Source: Bugula neritina
Lineage: Eukaryota > Animalia > Bryozoa
Length of the DNA stretch: 64,000 bases
Assembly (NCBI GenBank): GCA_964035545.1
Contig: OZ037772.1
Span: forward strand, 12,150,818 to 12,214,817
Direction: 5' to 3'
Shown: piece after piece, positions 39,927 to 52,859 of the stretch
Layout of the letters: every line of letters starts with the position of its first letter
Numbering within the stretch: the stretch's first letter is position 1
The notes under the pieces: generated by a model
Told to the model about the DNA's origin: nothing
Databases searched by the model: none
Seen by the model: only the letters and a program-made list of their open reading frames with translations
Translations under genes and position numbers: made by a program

Positions 39927-42900
39927 ATGCTTCTCAATCTGATTCAAGATTTCTCTACAGCTACTGATATTCACGGAATACAACTGAAACAAGGTTATCT
40001 GGTTGAGTCTAGTCTCAACGTTACTGCACAAGACACCTCCATAGGTAAGCATACTTCAGGTTAAGTGTATTCAAAGTGAAATGCTTTCCCAGAGTTACCC
40101 AAAGCTGTACTAGCATAGAGCAGTCTCTCAGCTGGGAAAGGAAGTATTAATCACAAAGGTAGTTTTAGCACACATGCGTATGGGTAGTACAACATCAGTT
40201 TCTAATTACTGTGTAAAAGCTGTAGTCACTCTGATTGCTCTAGTTTTAGATTATTCTATAGGGATAATTGTACACATAATTAGTTTGGAGCTGTAATTGT
40301 AGTTTATTTTTACGGGAGGTTTTCACCACCTCCCATTTAAATTCCTTATAGTATACGTCTATAGGACTATACTGGCCGGCAAAGGATAGTGTAGGTGTAG
40401 TCAAATGCTTCCAGAAGTGTTTATAGTCACTGCAATCAGCTCAGAGAGTCAAACATTACATTATATCCAGCTGTTTCACTGGTTTATCTTGTCTTTTAGT
40501 TGATTCAGCTGGTAGTTACTATCTAATAGTTAGTAAATAGTAACTAGTAACTAGTAGCTAGTAAGTAAATTCTATCAGACTGTGTAAACTCATATATAAA
40601 CTTTGGCTGCACATAGTGCCATGGCAAGTAACCTTACATAAACAGTGAATAGGGAGCTGTAATCACCGGCTTTCCATGTATCGATCTTGCTGAGATCGAT
40701 ACATGGAAAGACGCCAAAGATCGATCTTAGCGAGATCGATCTTCGTCGATCTGAGCTGGTCGGTCTGTGCAGCTCGAACTCAGATCGATCTCATGTCAAT
40801 AAGACCATGGAAAGACGCCAGATCGATCTGAGAAGTAGAAAAAGACTGCGCGCTACAATGTCGTCTGCTAATAAAAATGATAACTTATTGATAATTACTA
40901 AGCAAAGTATTAAATAATTATGATAGCCACCTTTTCAAATGCCAAAACTTTGACTTTCAGTACAATGATTAAGAAAACTCAATTATATGCAGTAGAAGGT
41001 AAAAAAAATGGGAGAATTTAAATTGAATTTAAATGACTATTAAAACTTAGTTTCATTAGCTATTTTCTTTACAATTTTAAGCCTAACAATCCTGCAAGTT
41101 TATTAATAATCTGCAAGACAGCCAATAATTTTATATAAGCTGTCGAGCTAAAAAATTAAAATTAATTATTTTGAATTGGCCAAATTACCATACACTGAAA
41201 GCTTTGCTGCGTATAGTTTATAGCTGGGATTAAATTTTAGACTACGGCCACCTTGTTTTCAACAGTAGTAGTTTTAATCACTCAAATAGGTGAACAAATT
41301 ATACTTTTAAGTATGAGTGAGATCGATCTGAGATCGGTACATGGAAAGCCCGTGAATGTAGCAAATATTTACACAGATTATTCAAACCTGTCTAAACATT
41401 ATGACCTGCTGTAGTACTGGACTGGTGAATATGAAATCTAAGTATGATCTTCTCATATATATCACAGTATATATATCACATGTATCATTTTATAGCATCT
41501 CCTATACATCATGTATCATATATCCTACCATGGAGCATGCTTGGCATAGTTTTCCTGCTAAGCCAACACTGATAAGAGTAAAAGTTAACCATTTAATTTT
41601 TCTTCTTCAAATCAAATAACTACACTGAACATAGCTCAAACATTCCCATCTAATTGTTTCTTCATAGCAAGTAATACAAAACAGTCATTAGATCACGATA
41701 TATAATGATTGATATAGAATCACATGGTGGAAAACTAAAGTTGATGGCTAGTCAGCTGTGGGGAGATAGATTAACATACCAGATAGTTGGTAGTTCCTCA
41801 ATACTCCATATGCCTACAACGTTATGTAATCAGTTAGCTTTGCTGTTTTCCACCAGCTTCCTTGTACCACCAATCAGCCTCCTTGTACCACCAATCAGCT
41901 GATGGCTCTGGAATTGTATCAAGGAGTCGTCTTCTTTTATCATCTTCCTTCTGTAATTGATTGTCAAGTAAACTAAGGGTGTGCTCAGAGCTAATAAACA
42001 GTTGGAGTGGTGATGGACAATCTAGTGAGATGTATAGCAGGTTTTTTCTATTGGGTGTGCCATCTACAGCTGCCTTTCTCATCCTTATATTAGTTGATCA
42101 AACAGTATCCCACATAGTTTTACTAATTTCTAATTTTTGATCACCGATGGTTCCAACTTCTAGGTTTATATTGACTTACTTATTCATTTAAAGGAAACCC
42201 TCAAGGTAATTTAAGCTGTCAAAGTTTTTATTTTAAAGTTTATTTGAATGCTAACAGGAAGTTGCATCATGGTACTTAAGTAGACATATATAGCAGTGTG
42301 ACCATGTGATCTCACACTGCTTATTGTGTTACAAGGTCTCGTTGCTGAGAGTACAGAAGTTGATGCAGAAGATGAAGCAGACGGCTGCGATATCGACCAA
42401 TCATATGGCATCTGGTTTCTCCTCCACCTCATAGACTGGGTGTGTGTAAATCTCACCAGCAGGCAGATTGAATGGTGTCCCATTGGGAAGGTGAGATGTT
42501 TGGCTAGTTTATGAGGTAGTAAGGGGCTGGTAGATGACAGCCCATTGAATAATTGAGATTTAGAGCTATGTTGTAAAATAAGTATCTTTGTTATTGTCTA
42601 AAAGTTATTACTTAATAACAGAAATTCTAAGTAAAAGTATTAAATCATGTTTTTGATAAACTTTTCCAAGTCCACTAACCAATTGCAAATTAATTAAAAA
42701 ATATAGAAGTTCTTAGATATCTAGCAGAGAATATATTTGACTAGCATTTCCAAAAATAATTATAAAGAATGAAGGTTGAATTTTCTGGAAGCAAACAGTT
42801 GCAACAGCTAAAATATTTTTGTCAATGTAACTTGGTATGCGTGTGAAGAACAATAACAGATAATTATAATATGGTCTTTGTAACGGGTTAAAATTTCGGG

Positions 42901-45900
42901 TTTGTCTCCCCATGTGTTTTAGAATTTGTAGTATACACAAAATTTTGTAAAAAGTTGGCTGAAACATGTAACTCATATATAATTTTTTTTCTATTTACTT
43001 GTTGACATTTGTTCATTATGAAAAATTGATAATACTATTACACCAACGCTACCTTCGCTTGATATGGCGACTTTTGAGTTCTTACACACCGTTTTGTTAT
43101 CCATTACTATTTGACTAGTCGCCAGCTTGGAGCGCATACAGGCAGAGTGTGTTAATAGCGCACGGTTACATTTACACGATTCCACTAGCGAACCTTATTA
43201 TAGTTGCATAAAAAGGTAAATATCAGACTAAGTTGTTCAGTCAACTTACTAATGCAGCTGAGATTATCTAGTTGAATCGTACTTAGTGTAGCAAGACGCA
43301 CCCTTGGCCTACGGTCCAGACAGTGTATAACACTGCTGGTACTGTCATAGTACAAATAAAAGGTAATTACCATATCAAAGAAACTGTGTTTCGATCCTCT
43401 TTGTTCAGTTGGCTGCAAAAATTGCTGGATAGTTGTATGCACAAGCTAAGATCACGCGTGTCACAGTCAGGGTGGCGAAGCTATCTATACATAGTTAGGA
43501 GATCTTGATCTTTGCAGTCTTGTTATTTTTATTGCATACTTATACAATTTCTGCTACTGCAGAACTATGTGTAGGGGAGTAACGATATCTTTCCTCTTGT
43601 ACTACTTTTTGATGCCATTTCAAGTATGTGATTCCTCAAGTAAATTGCCCACAATAAAACCACCAATGGTTTGCACTTCGAATGTCTTTACTATATATTG
43701 TAGGAGACCAGCTGTATAAAGTATGTGGAGGATGAAGACTATGATATCAATCTGGACGAGATGTTTGATCAGGCCCAGAAAGTCATAGATTGGTAGCTGT
43801 TCTATTTACTACTAGTTTTAGACTCTTCAACAAGTTTTAAAGTCGCTCAAATCGCCTCCCTATAAACAATTTTATTATTTTTCTTCTTTATTGTATGCAT
43901 TCTACCTAATCTGTAGTTTTCACATGTATTCACCTTTGTTGCCTATTAATTATTAATTGTTTCTGTGGCATATTTATTATAATTGTGATAAATTCTTTCC
44001 TAAAAAAAGTCTTTAGTTGTTGACAAATTTGCACATCCTAAGCGCTGTTTCCTTTTATACAGTTTGGAGTTGTCTTGTTCCTAGAGAATTTTCACTGCAT
44101 GAATATTTCTATTCTCAATTCTTCACCTCCCCCCCCCCCTCTCACTGTATGAGTTAGTAATCGCAGACAAAGACGTGCTGTCCAGGCAGCTAATTCTGAT
44201 ACCGTCATTACAGTTTATTGGACAGTCAGGAAACTGGGCTCCAGAAGCACCATGTGACTCTCCATTTCCTGCGGCACCACATTCTCCCGCAGATTAGAAT
44301 ATCGCAGAATGACCTTGACCTCGTCAGGAAGGCGTTTCGAATGCAGGAACAGCATATAGCTGCTATTGGTACGTCTCCTTCTATTGGTTCACTAATATGC
44401 TACACTTGTTTGAATTTGTCCACTAATATAATACACTGGTTTCTATTGGGCTATACTGTTAGTAAATGTGTGTAGATGCAGATCTTGAGGAATGTAACAA
44501 CACTCGTACGGCGCTCAAGTCCACCCTCTCCAACCTCCAGCATAAGATAGTTCCCAGTCTCGTGAAATACTCTCAGGTCAGACACCTGTACCCGGCAGTC
44601 ACCAACTCTCTCTCTGAACGACTCAATGCTGAGCTGCTACAGGTGCGTATCTGCTGCCTCTCCTGTCCCCGCTGTCCCTGCTGCCTCTTCTGTCCCTGCT
44701 GCCTCTTCTGTCCCCGCTGCCTCTTCTGTCCCTGCTGCCTCTCCTGTCCCTGCTGCCGTGTGTTCAAAGGGAATAGTCAGCAATCATAACAAATGCTAAT
44801 ACTATACAGATTCATTGAAATATAAACAATAATATAATAATAATTATTAAATACTAATGAAGTTATATACTGGAGCAGTGAAATATGATGTTAGAATCTC
44901 GATAACATTGTATCAAAATAAATATCACGCAAGATACTGTTGGGATTATATAGTTTGTATAATAAAACTGGTATTTGAAATATGCTTTTGGTGTGACATA
45001 ACAGCAGCAGCAGTATACCTGAATATTCTCTCGTAGGAGTTTTCTTCTCTTCAGTTACATGAATATTGCATGCCCTTTACACAGCTTCAAGGAGACACGT
45101 TGACTCCCAAGGTCAAGGAGAGGTCAGAAGAAGTTGTCCAACAACTAGAGTCACTCAAGAAGAGTTCCAAGCCGCCGTCCAAGTCCTGGAAGAAAAGACA
45201 TTCTGGACTGTTGGAAGGTACGTTTTCTTTAATTAAAATTTATTTTTTTGAAATAAAAATGATAAGAATGCTTGCATCAGTTCTTGCTTTACCTGCATAA
45301 TTACTGCTTTACCTGCATAACTACTGCTATACCTGCAGAACTAGAAGACGTGTTTGTCGTGTATGAAGAAAGTGACAGACACAGGAAGTCTTGGAGACTA
45401 CAAGAGAAGATGCTCCTCTCGGCTAAGGTGAAGGCCACTCTGATCAAAGAGCAACTGAGGGGAGTTGAGGACCAGCTGTCTAAGGCTAGTGAGACTCTAG
45501 GTGGGTGGTCTGTGTGTCTGTAGGTGGGCAAAGCTGTGTCTGCAAGTGGGCGGAGCTGTCTGTGTAGGTAGGCGGAGCTGTCTATGTAGGTAGGCGGAGC
45601 TGTCTGTGTAGGTAGGCGGAGCTGTGTGTAGGTAGGCGGAGCTGTGTGTAGGTGGGCGGAGCTGTGTGTCTGTAGGTGGGCGGAGCTGTGTCTGTAGGTG
45701 GGCGGAGCTGTGTATCTATATGTGGGTGGTCTCATCATCTGTTAAACTCTATTGATTTTTACACTTAAAAACCTTTCAGCTCTTCTATTTGTTAACAAAA
45801 ACAAAAACCTTGGATACACATAACATGGTATATTACAAGTTATTAGGAGTTGTCGTCACACTTCTTTGTATACAGTTTGTCTGAGAGGGTATGCTGTCAT

Positions 45901-48900
45901 AAGCTTGTTACTAGCATACAGAGTTGAACAGAGCATATGCTAAGTTATTGAAAATAAATATAACAGGTTTCTTTAGTTTACCCTGTAAACTATGAACACT
46001 AAGTTATAACAACGTTTCCTTCAGGTTATGACATTCCTTCCTCCCACACTAAAGACTCGATAAGATACTCACATTCTCTGTACGACTCGGTGCTGAAGCT
46101 GATCCAAGATGTCAGCCAGGAGTTGGGGATGAGACACCTTCTTCAGTGTAACTGGATTATAGAGACGTGCAAATTCACAGAGTTGCTCTGGACTGTATGT
46201 TGTTACTCTGTATTATGTTGTTCTATGTTATGTTACTCTGTATTATGTTACTCTGTATTATGTTACTCTGTATTATGTTATTCTGTATATTATGTTATTA
46301 TATTATTATGTTATTATATATATTATGTTATTCTATATTATGTTGTTCTATATTGTATTATTCTGTATTATATTATTATATATTATATTATTCTATGTTA
46401 TGTTATTGTATATTATATTCTATGTTATATTATTATATATTATATTATTATATATTATATTATTATATATTATATTATTATATATTATATTATTATGTAT
46501 TATATTATTATATATTATATTATTATATATTATATTATTATATATTATATTATGTTAACACAGGAACAACCTCATAGGATTCCCTCCACCTCGGAGCTCT
46601 TCTTCCCAGAAACAAGCACAGAAGACGGTTTCACTATAATCAACGAGGCTTACGTATTCTCTGCCATATCTGATAGAATCACCTCTCAGTGTGCCTACGC
46701 CGTCGGTCAGCTTCTCAAGCTGCTTCCTAGGTCAGAACTTAGCCTATTTTCTCCCCTTCCGCTCTTCTACTTCTTTCTATCTACTTTATAGTCATTCCAT
46801 GTTCACCTACTCACACCTGAGCAGTAAACCAGTTGTACACTAGAGGAGTGAGTGAACAGTGTTAGTACTGTGTTTAGTGACTCACTGCGAACTTAGTCTA
46901 CCTTTAACTGTTCTTTCCACTCCACGCTGGAGTTGGGTTCTCTAATTAACATTCCAATCTTCTTGTAGTTTCTTTGACTCGTAAGTATGTGTGACCACAG
47001 GCTATAAGTTTAGTAGATTTCCTGTGTGATTTTCTTCGCTGTGTGAACGTCACTGGCACTACCATCCTGGATGTAGACTGAAATGTCAACATTTAGCCTA
47101 AGTTCTTAACACTAGCTAAGCACCTAGGTTTAGACTGAATCATTTTCAGCTGATATTGTGGAAGATAGGGCTATTTTATTGTATATTGATAATAGAATTT
47201 TAGTGAAACATAATTATCCGCAGCTAAAAGTCTAGTCAGTTGTGGTTAGCCTCTGGTCCAATTCCTACTCTGTCTGCATGCGGCCCACTCAACACTCGGC
47301 CCAGTACCTGTCTGTAGTAGCCTCAGTCCCCAATCAGTCTCCCTTCCAGTGTGCAAATCTTATAGAGTTGAAGCTACTTCCTTGTCTGTCAAATCTCAAC
47401 TGATATCCATTTTATTGTTTATCTATTTCATGTGTGTGAAGCTCAGTCTATCTCTGTAAACATAGTTGTGGTTCCTCAAAGTCTCACAGTCAGTTCCTCT
47501 GTTTCCGGCAGAGAGTTAGTTCTCAGTTCAACTGGTGAGTATTCTGTAGGCCTTTTATGTCTCACTCGGCATTTCTCTCACTGTGTGTTGGCACTGACTG
47601 ACATCACTTCCTGTTGTGTCTGCGTGACATCACTCCCTGTTGTCTGTGTGAAATCACTTCCCGTTGTATCTGTGTGACATCACTTCTTGTCGTGTCTGTG
47701 TGACATCACTTCCTGTTGTGTCGTATCAGAATGAAGCCTAGCCCGGCCTCCACCAAGCGACTGGTACTCACCTACGAGACAATCATATACAAGAGAGTCT
47801 CCGAATATATCATCCCTCTCTTCAATCTCAGGTCAGCAACCTTCTTGACTACTCTCTTAACCTGGTTCTATGTACGTATAGCCAGGAAATATCTATATTG
47901 TTCAACATTTATTTTATGTTTTTGATTCATTTTCAAATGTAGTTTTTTTATTTTTCTAAATAAGTTTTTTAATAACCTAGTCATGAGTTTATTTAAATAT
48001 GATTAATTTTAGAGTACATGACAAGGTCATGATGGATTGATTCAAAAGATAAAATACAGTGAATAATAATTTCATATATCCTTGTGCACCTAGACCCTGC
48101 CTGACTCTTGTCAACTTCTCCATTATTACACTCACTTTAAAACGCACCCAATCGCATTGTTTAGGTACCAGAAAGTGCTGGACCAGCTATGTGAAGACAT
48201 GCAGGAGTTATCTTGGGAAGACCTTGACATAGAAGAGGAGTGGCTACTTGTTTTACTCAACTCTAGGAAGTCTTGTGATCCAGACACTAGCACTCACATG
48301 CTGGAAAGTGTCACTTCTCAGCTAGACAGTGACAAGCAAGCACCTGTTACCAGCCATGACTCATCACTATCCAGTAGCACTAGCAGTCAAGTAGTGCACA
48401 GTGACACTGAAAAGCACCTGCTCGATGGTGTCACTCTAGTGTCAAGCTCTGAATGCCATAATAATGATGAGTCAGAGACCTTGCAAACTCCTGTATCACC
48501 TGCGCCAGACACCTTACCAAACGGCACATTTTATAACGACAGCGGCTGCCACGATGTGTGGCCCTCGCCAGCCATCTCTCCACATTCTTCACCCAGAGAC
48601 GAAAATACATCAGAACTTTTTTCAATGCAGTCACCAGAAAGTAGGAAATGCTTCACTCCCTCTCAGCGGGCTTCTTTGAAACTCGATTTGACATCTGATG
48701 TTGATATGACTGACAGCATAGTGGGTGGAGCTACCATAGATACAGGGGGCGGGGCTGATGATGCAGTAAGTGGAGCTACCATAGATACAGGGGGCGGGGC
48801 TGATGATGCAGTGGGTGGAGCTACCATAGATACCGGGGGCGGGGCTGATGAAGCAGTGAGTGGAGTTACCATAGATACAGGGGGCGGGGCTGATGATGCA

Positions 48901-49470
48901 GTGGGTGGAGCTACCAGTGATGCAGGGGGCGGGGCTGATGATGCAGTGGAGATGACTGCTGAGCTCAATGATCTCTTAGACAGCGCCCTTTCTTTCCTAG
49001 ACAAAGAAGATGAAGACCTCAATAGGCAATTCTTGTCTGGGGAGGAGAATAAATCTGGTGAGCTGTTAACAATCTGAATCACATCAGTTCTCAGCTATAT
49101 GTGGGCGTGGCTTGGTGATGGCATTAGACTACACTTTGGGCATCTTCTCATTTCATAGCTCTTTTGTTATTCATTAAAGTTTGATGCGGTTTTGTTTGCT
49201 TAGAAAAGAAGATGCGATCCAGAAGTGCAGACGTGGCAAAGTTGTTGTCTGTCAAACCCTCAACCCCCGGTGTTAAGAAGAATCGTTCTAAGTCTGCTGG
49301 AGCCAAGGCTAGGGGCAGATGGAACAGAGTCCGAGGCAATGGTGAGTCTTTTTATATGCTTTTTATTCACTGGTATCAAACAGTGTGGTATATATAGGAG
49401 TGCCAACTTTAGAGCATGAAAAGTCATTATTATCATTATTATTATTATTATTAATATATTATATTATTAT

Positions 49471-49508
<38 letters not shown>

Positions 49509-50707
49509 ATATACCATAATACAGGGTAGACTAGTTTTTCGTATTCTTTCAGTTTAGCCACTAGACTGGCTCTTTGAATAGCAGTTCCCATACTTCAATT
49601 CTGAAAACACTGAGTCTCAGGAAACGTGCTTTTCATTTAAATACAGCTTCTTAGACTACTTCCAACAGTCCTGCATTACATGGTGTAACTAGAGAGTAGT
49701 TGTGAGGTCATGCCACTTCCTGTTTCAGTTCTAGGTGAAGGTCAGATGAACTCTCCATCCTCACCAAGTGCTGAGGCTACACCCGCCATCACGCCCCCGT
49801 CTCCTAGCGCTGCACAGAGACGGGATAAAACCCGCAAAAGCGTTGAGAGTGTTCTTTTGAAACGGCGATCTCGGAAATCACAGTCTAAGCGGTGAGTTAA
49901 TGTAGCAGTAATAAATATACACAGTATAACCTACAGTACAACGTACAGTGATACATGCAGTAGTACATACAGTATAACGTACAGTATCTCTACTCTCTAG
50001 TGGCCCCTCCATGCCGACCGTCTCTCACAAACCAATCATAGCAGACACGAGAGATAATCTCTTCACTGAAGTATTCAAAGACAGTATTCAGTGTCTCATA
50101 GGCATGCAGTCTCGGTGCTCTCCGCTGGAGAAGGTAAAAAAAACAGCTTATTGTCTTCTGATAGGTCAAGTTTTATGAAGGTTTTAGCTAATTTCTTTGC
50201 TATGTGGAATTTCATTTGTCAATCTGTTGTGTCAGGCTCAGCTATTGGCCAAGTGTCTGAGGTGTATAAGTCGTACGATATCGGAGTTGAGATCTCAAGA
50301 TGTGGCCACGACAGCAGCAGACGACCTCGTTACCGTGGCGATTGTGATGCTCATGAATGTCTCCCTGCAGCAGTTCAGGTGAGTGGCAGGCAAGTTCAGA
50401 GGTCAGCAGATGGTTGAACTCTGAACTCTGACCCTTAAGTCGCTGCCAATGACTCATGTCTTCTGAAGACTTACTTGAAACTTTCTGATGACATCATTAC
50501 CGTTTGAGTGTTACATCATCCGTTCTCGCTTTCTCTTACAGATCAATTTACGTGCAACTTAAGTTCGTCAGCACCTACATGAACAGCTTCATGGACGCAG
50601 GTATACACAGCTTTGCTTGCATACAGTTCATCGGGGCCATGCACTTTATTCAAGATCAAATTCTAACCAAGAAGTACAGGCAGTCTTCAAATAGTAGCAA
50701 GTGTTAG
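39927..50707 (+). CDS. VPS9-domain protein (Rab5-family GEF-like, possibly VPS9D1-related), ~16 exons; start codon uncertain
   Basis: The C-terminal exons read SPLEKAQLLAKCLRCISRTI..TAADDLVTVAIVMLM..IYVQLKFVSTYM..GIHSFACIQFIGAMHFI, the VPS9 pattern with the ADD catalytic motif. Phased upstream exons at ~39927, 42336, 43704, 44213, 44476, 45085, 45339, 46025, 46564, 47730, 48165, 49204 and 49729. Confidence 0.75.
40664..41354. mobile_element. Non-autonomous TIR element (MITE), 691 bp, CAC..GTG ends, 3-bp TSD AAT
   Basis: TIR CACCGGCTTTCCATGTATCGATCT vs reverse complement CACGGGCTTTCCATGTACCGATCT. AAT at 40661-40663 and 41355-41357. Multiple subterminal AGATCGATCT palindromes. Confidence 0.85.
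42720..43352 (-). mobile_element. Dispersed repeat family copy A (hairpin-ended non-autonomous element)
   Basis: Homologous over ~620 bp to 56197-56800; shares the core TGACAGTACCAGCAGTGTTATACACTGTCTGGACCGTAGGCCAAG. Confidence 0.8.
46195..46555. repeat. AT-rich 15-bp/(TAT)n repeat filling a VPS9-gene intron
   Basis: Starts at the donor and ends at the acceptor; explains the Y/I-rich ORFs. Confidence 0.9.
48720..48950 (+). repeat. 45-bp coding minisatellite (~5 copies; VGGATIDTGGGADDA)
   Basis: Lies in the long open exon 48165-49057. Confidence 0.85.
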
Positions 50708-51224
50708 CCACAGGTTGCTAGGGTAACACTTCCTGGTTCCACACAGGTTGCTAGGGCAACGCTTCCTGCGATTTTTGGGTTTTTTACTTAAGCTATGCGA
50801 AATTTTTGTTCCATTTTTTTCATTAACATGTTGCTTCAACGTTTATACTCTTTTTGTTGAATGATATTATCTCCCTTTTCTCATTTAGCAGCAAATGATT
50901 TACTGTTTTCACTGCACGTGTGAAGTACTCCACCAACTGTGATTTTTCCAACTACTTACTATGCAGTATACTTGTCCCCTAGCAACATACTCTGTCCCCT
51001 AGCAACATACACTGTAGTTTTTCTTTATAAAAATCACCAAAGTTTATAATATTTTGTATTTCATTATTTTTGTATCTACGTCTAATTAATTATTCACTTG
51101 TTCAATGCTATGCATTAATTATGTAATACATAAATTTATATCATGTTCTACATTCTATTACACTATGTTTGGAAATAAATAAATTCCTGCAACAGTGATA
51201 TATTAACTCATAGAAAATCAAATA

Positions 51225-51340
51225 CAATATTAACACACTCTGCCAGCGAACAATCAAAGCTGGCGACTAGTCAAATTGTAATGAATAACAAAAAGGTGTG
51301 TAAGAACTCAAAAGTCGCCATATCAAGCGAAGGTAACGCT
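51225..51340 (+). mobile_element. Internal fragment of the same dispersed repeat family
   Basis: TATTAACACACTCTGCC..AAGCTGGCGACTAGTCAAAT..AAAAGTCGCCATATCAAGCGAAGG matches copy A. Confidence 0.75.
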
Positions 51341-51659
51341 TAATAAATTCCTTTGCTTTGATCTTCTCATTGCATATTTTATTAAACTAGCTAAAAATGA
51401 CAAGCTCTGATATTTTGTTCTGTTTACGATTTTATCTCACCAAACAATGACTGGAGAAAGCAAGTTATGATTATTATATTATTATGTTATGCCTTATTAC
51501 ACAGTATAAATATGTACACATAATTGCTATCTCAGCATTAAAGAGTCGGTCTTGACTTTTTAAAGATCACTAAAGCAATAAATAAGTTATTTTTAATAAC
51601 TGTCTCACAGTCGCAAGTGTTTATAATTCAATTATTTGAAAAAAAAATTTGAGCACCAA

Positions 51660-52112
51660 CTAATCAAAATTTAGGGTTTGTCTCCCTTGGTGCAGTGATT
51701 GCATTCTGTACAGAATCACATTATAATAGTAAATATAAATAAAAATGTTTTGATTTTGTATTTTGTATAATCGGAAAAGTTATTTGAATAATATCTTACA
51801 TTATATTTGCTGATTCTATTGCATTATGAATTTTAAGAGTACTTTACACACCGTTTACTAAGCGAAGACGATTATACTACTAACCTTGCAACCACGTAAA
51901 TGGGCAAAGTGTGTTAATAGCGCACAGATACATTCACACGATACAACTAGCGAACCTTACTATAGTTGCATAAAAGGTAAATATCAGACTAAGTTGTTCA
52001 GTCAACTTACTAATGCAGCTGAGGTTATCTAGTAGAATCGTACCTAGTGTCGCAAGACGCACCCTTGGCCTACGGTCCAGACAGTGTATAACACTGCTGG
52101 TACTGTCATAAT
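51660..52112 (-). mobile_element. Dispersed repeat family copy B
   Basis: Core at ~51905-52112 is nearly identical to 43145-43352; GGGTTTGTCTCCC motif at ~51674. Confidence 0.8.
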
Positions 52113-52859
52113 ACAAATGAACCAAAGCTCTAACATGGTAATATTGTGAAACCTGCTGGGTGTTGTTGCTCAATGACTTTTGTGAAAAGTGGCAGTATGT
52201 TGGTGCTTATCAATTCATTGTTCTTTAAGAAATGGCTGTGAATATACCATTATAAATAAAAGATCAAGGGTGACTGTTTTGGGGCACTGAGAATAAGCAG
52301 ACCAGCTTTTTGCTGTTCACTCTTGAGAAATTAGAGACAATTCACCTGATAGAAATGACATGCATCAGACCAATACATTTACCAAACCACAGTCATCAGC
52401 TAATGAAAGCCTGTTTTGGCTAAGTTAGCAGAATTGCAATTTTTGAGTGTAGCTATTAAATATGGGACACATAACTAAACAGAATTAGCATTCTAACTAT
52501 TGCTCCTTCGCATTGACTCAACAGCTATCATTATCTGTTTTTAGCACACATGCCACTGCTGGTGTTTTAGCACAAAACACTTCACACTTGGATGTTTCAG
52601 CAAATTAACATAGTTCTAGTCTGTTGATAAGTCGGAAGGTGCAAAAAGCTTTCTTTTGAAATTCTTGATAGTCTATATAAATCATGTGTACTCTCACTTC
52701 TAAATTGTTGAAATAGACAAGATTGTATCTATATTTATGCTAAAATTCCATGTATATTTATTTTTGTAGAAGTGATGCTTTACAAACTAAAACAGATAGG
52801 AAAAGGTATTATAAGATATTATATGCTGTGTTTTCACAATGAAGAGGTATAGAAACTGG

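Noticed and set aside
41760-42120. 82-aa minus-strand ORF with a duplicated ADWWYKE
   Set aside because: The duplication is a single ~21-bp tandem copy, and no domain or splice structure is recognisable; at most an unidentifiable TE remnant.
43185-43442. Recurrent ORFs with HCLDRRPRVRLATL (also at 51934 and 57259)
   Set aside because: Chance translations of the non-coding dispersed repeat core; starts and stops differ between copies.
46090-46791. 233-aa Tyr/Ile-rich ORF
   Set aside because: Read-through of two real exons across a (TAT)-repeat intron.
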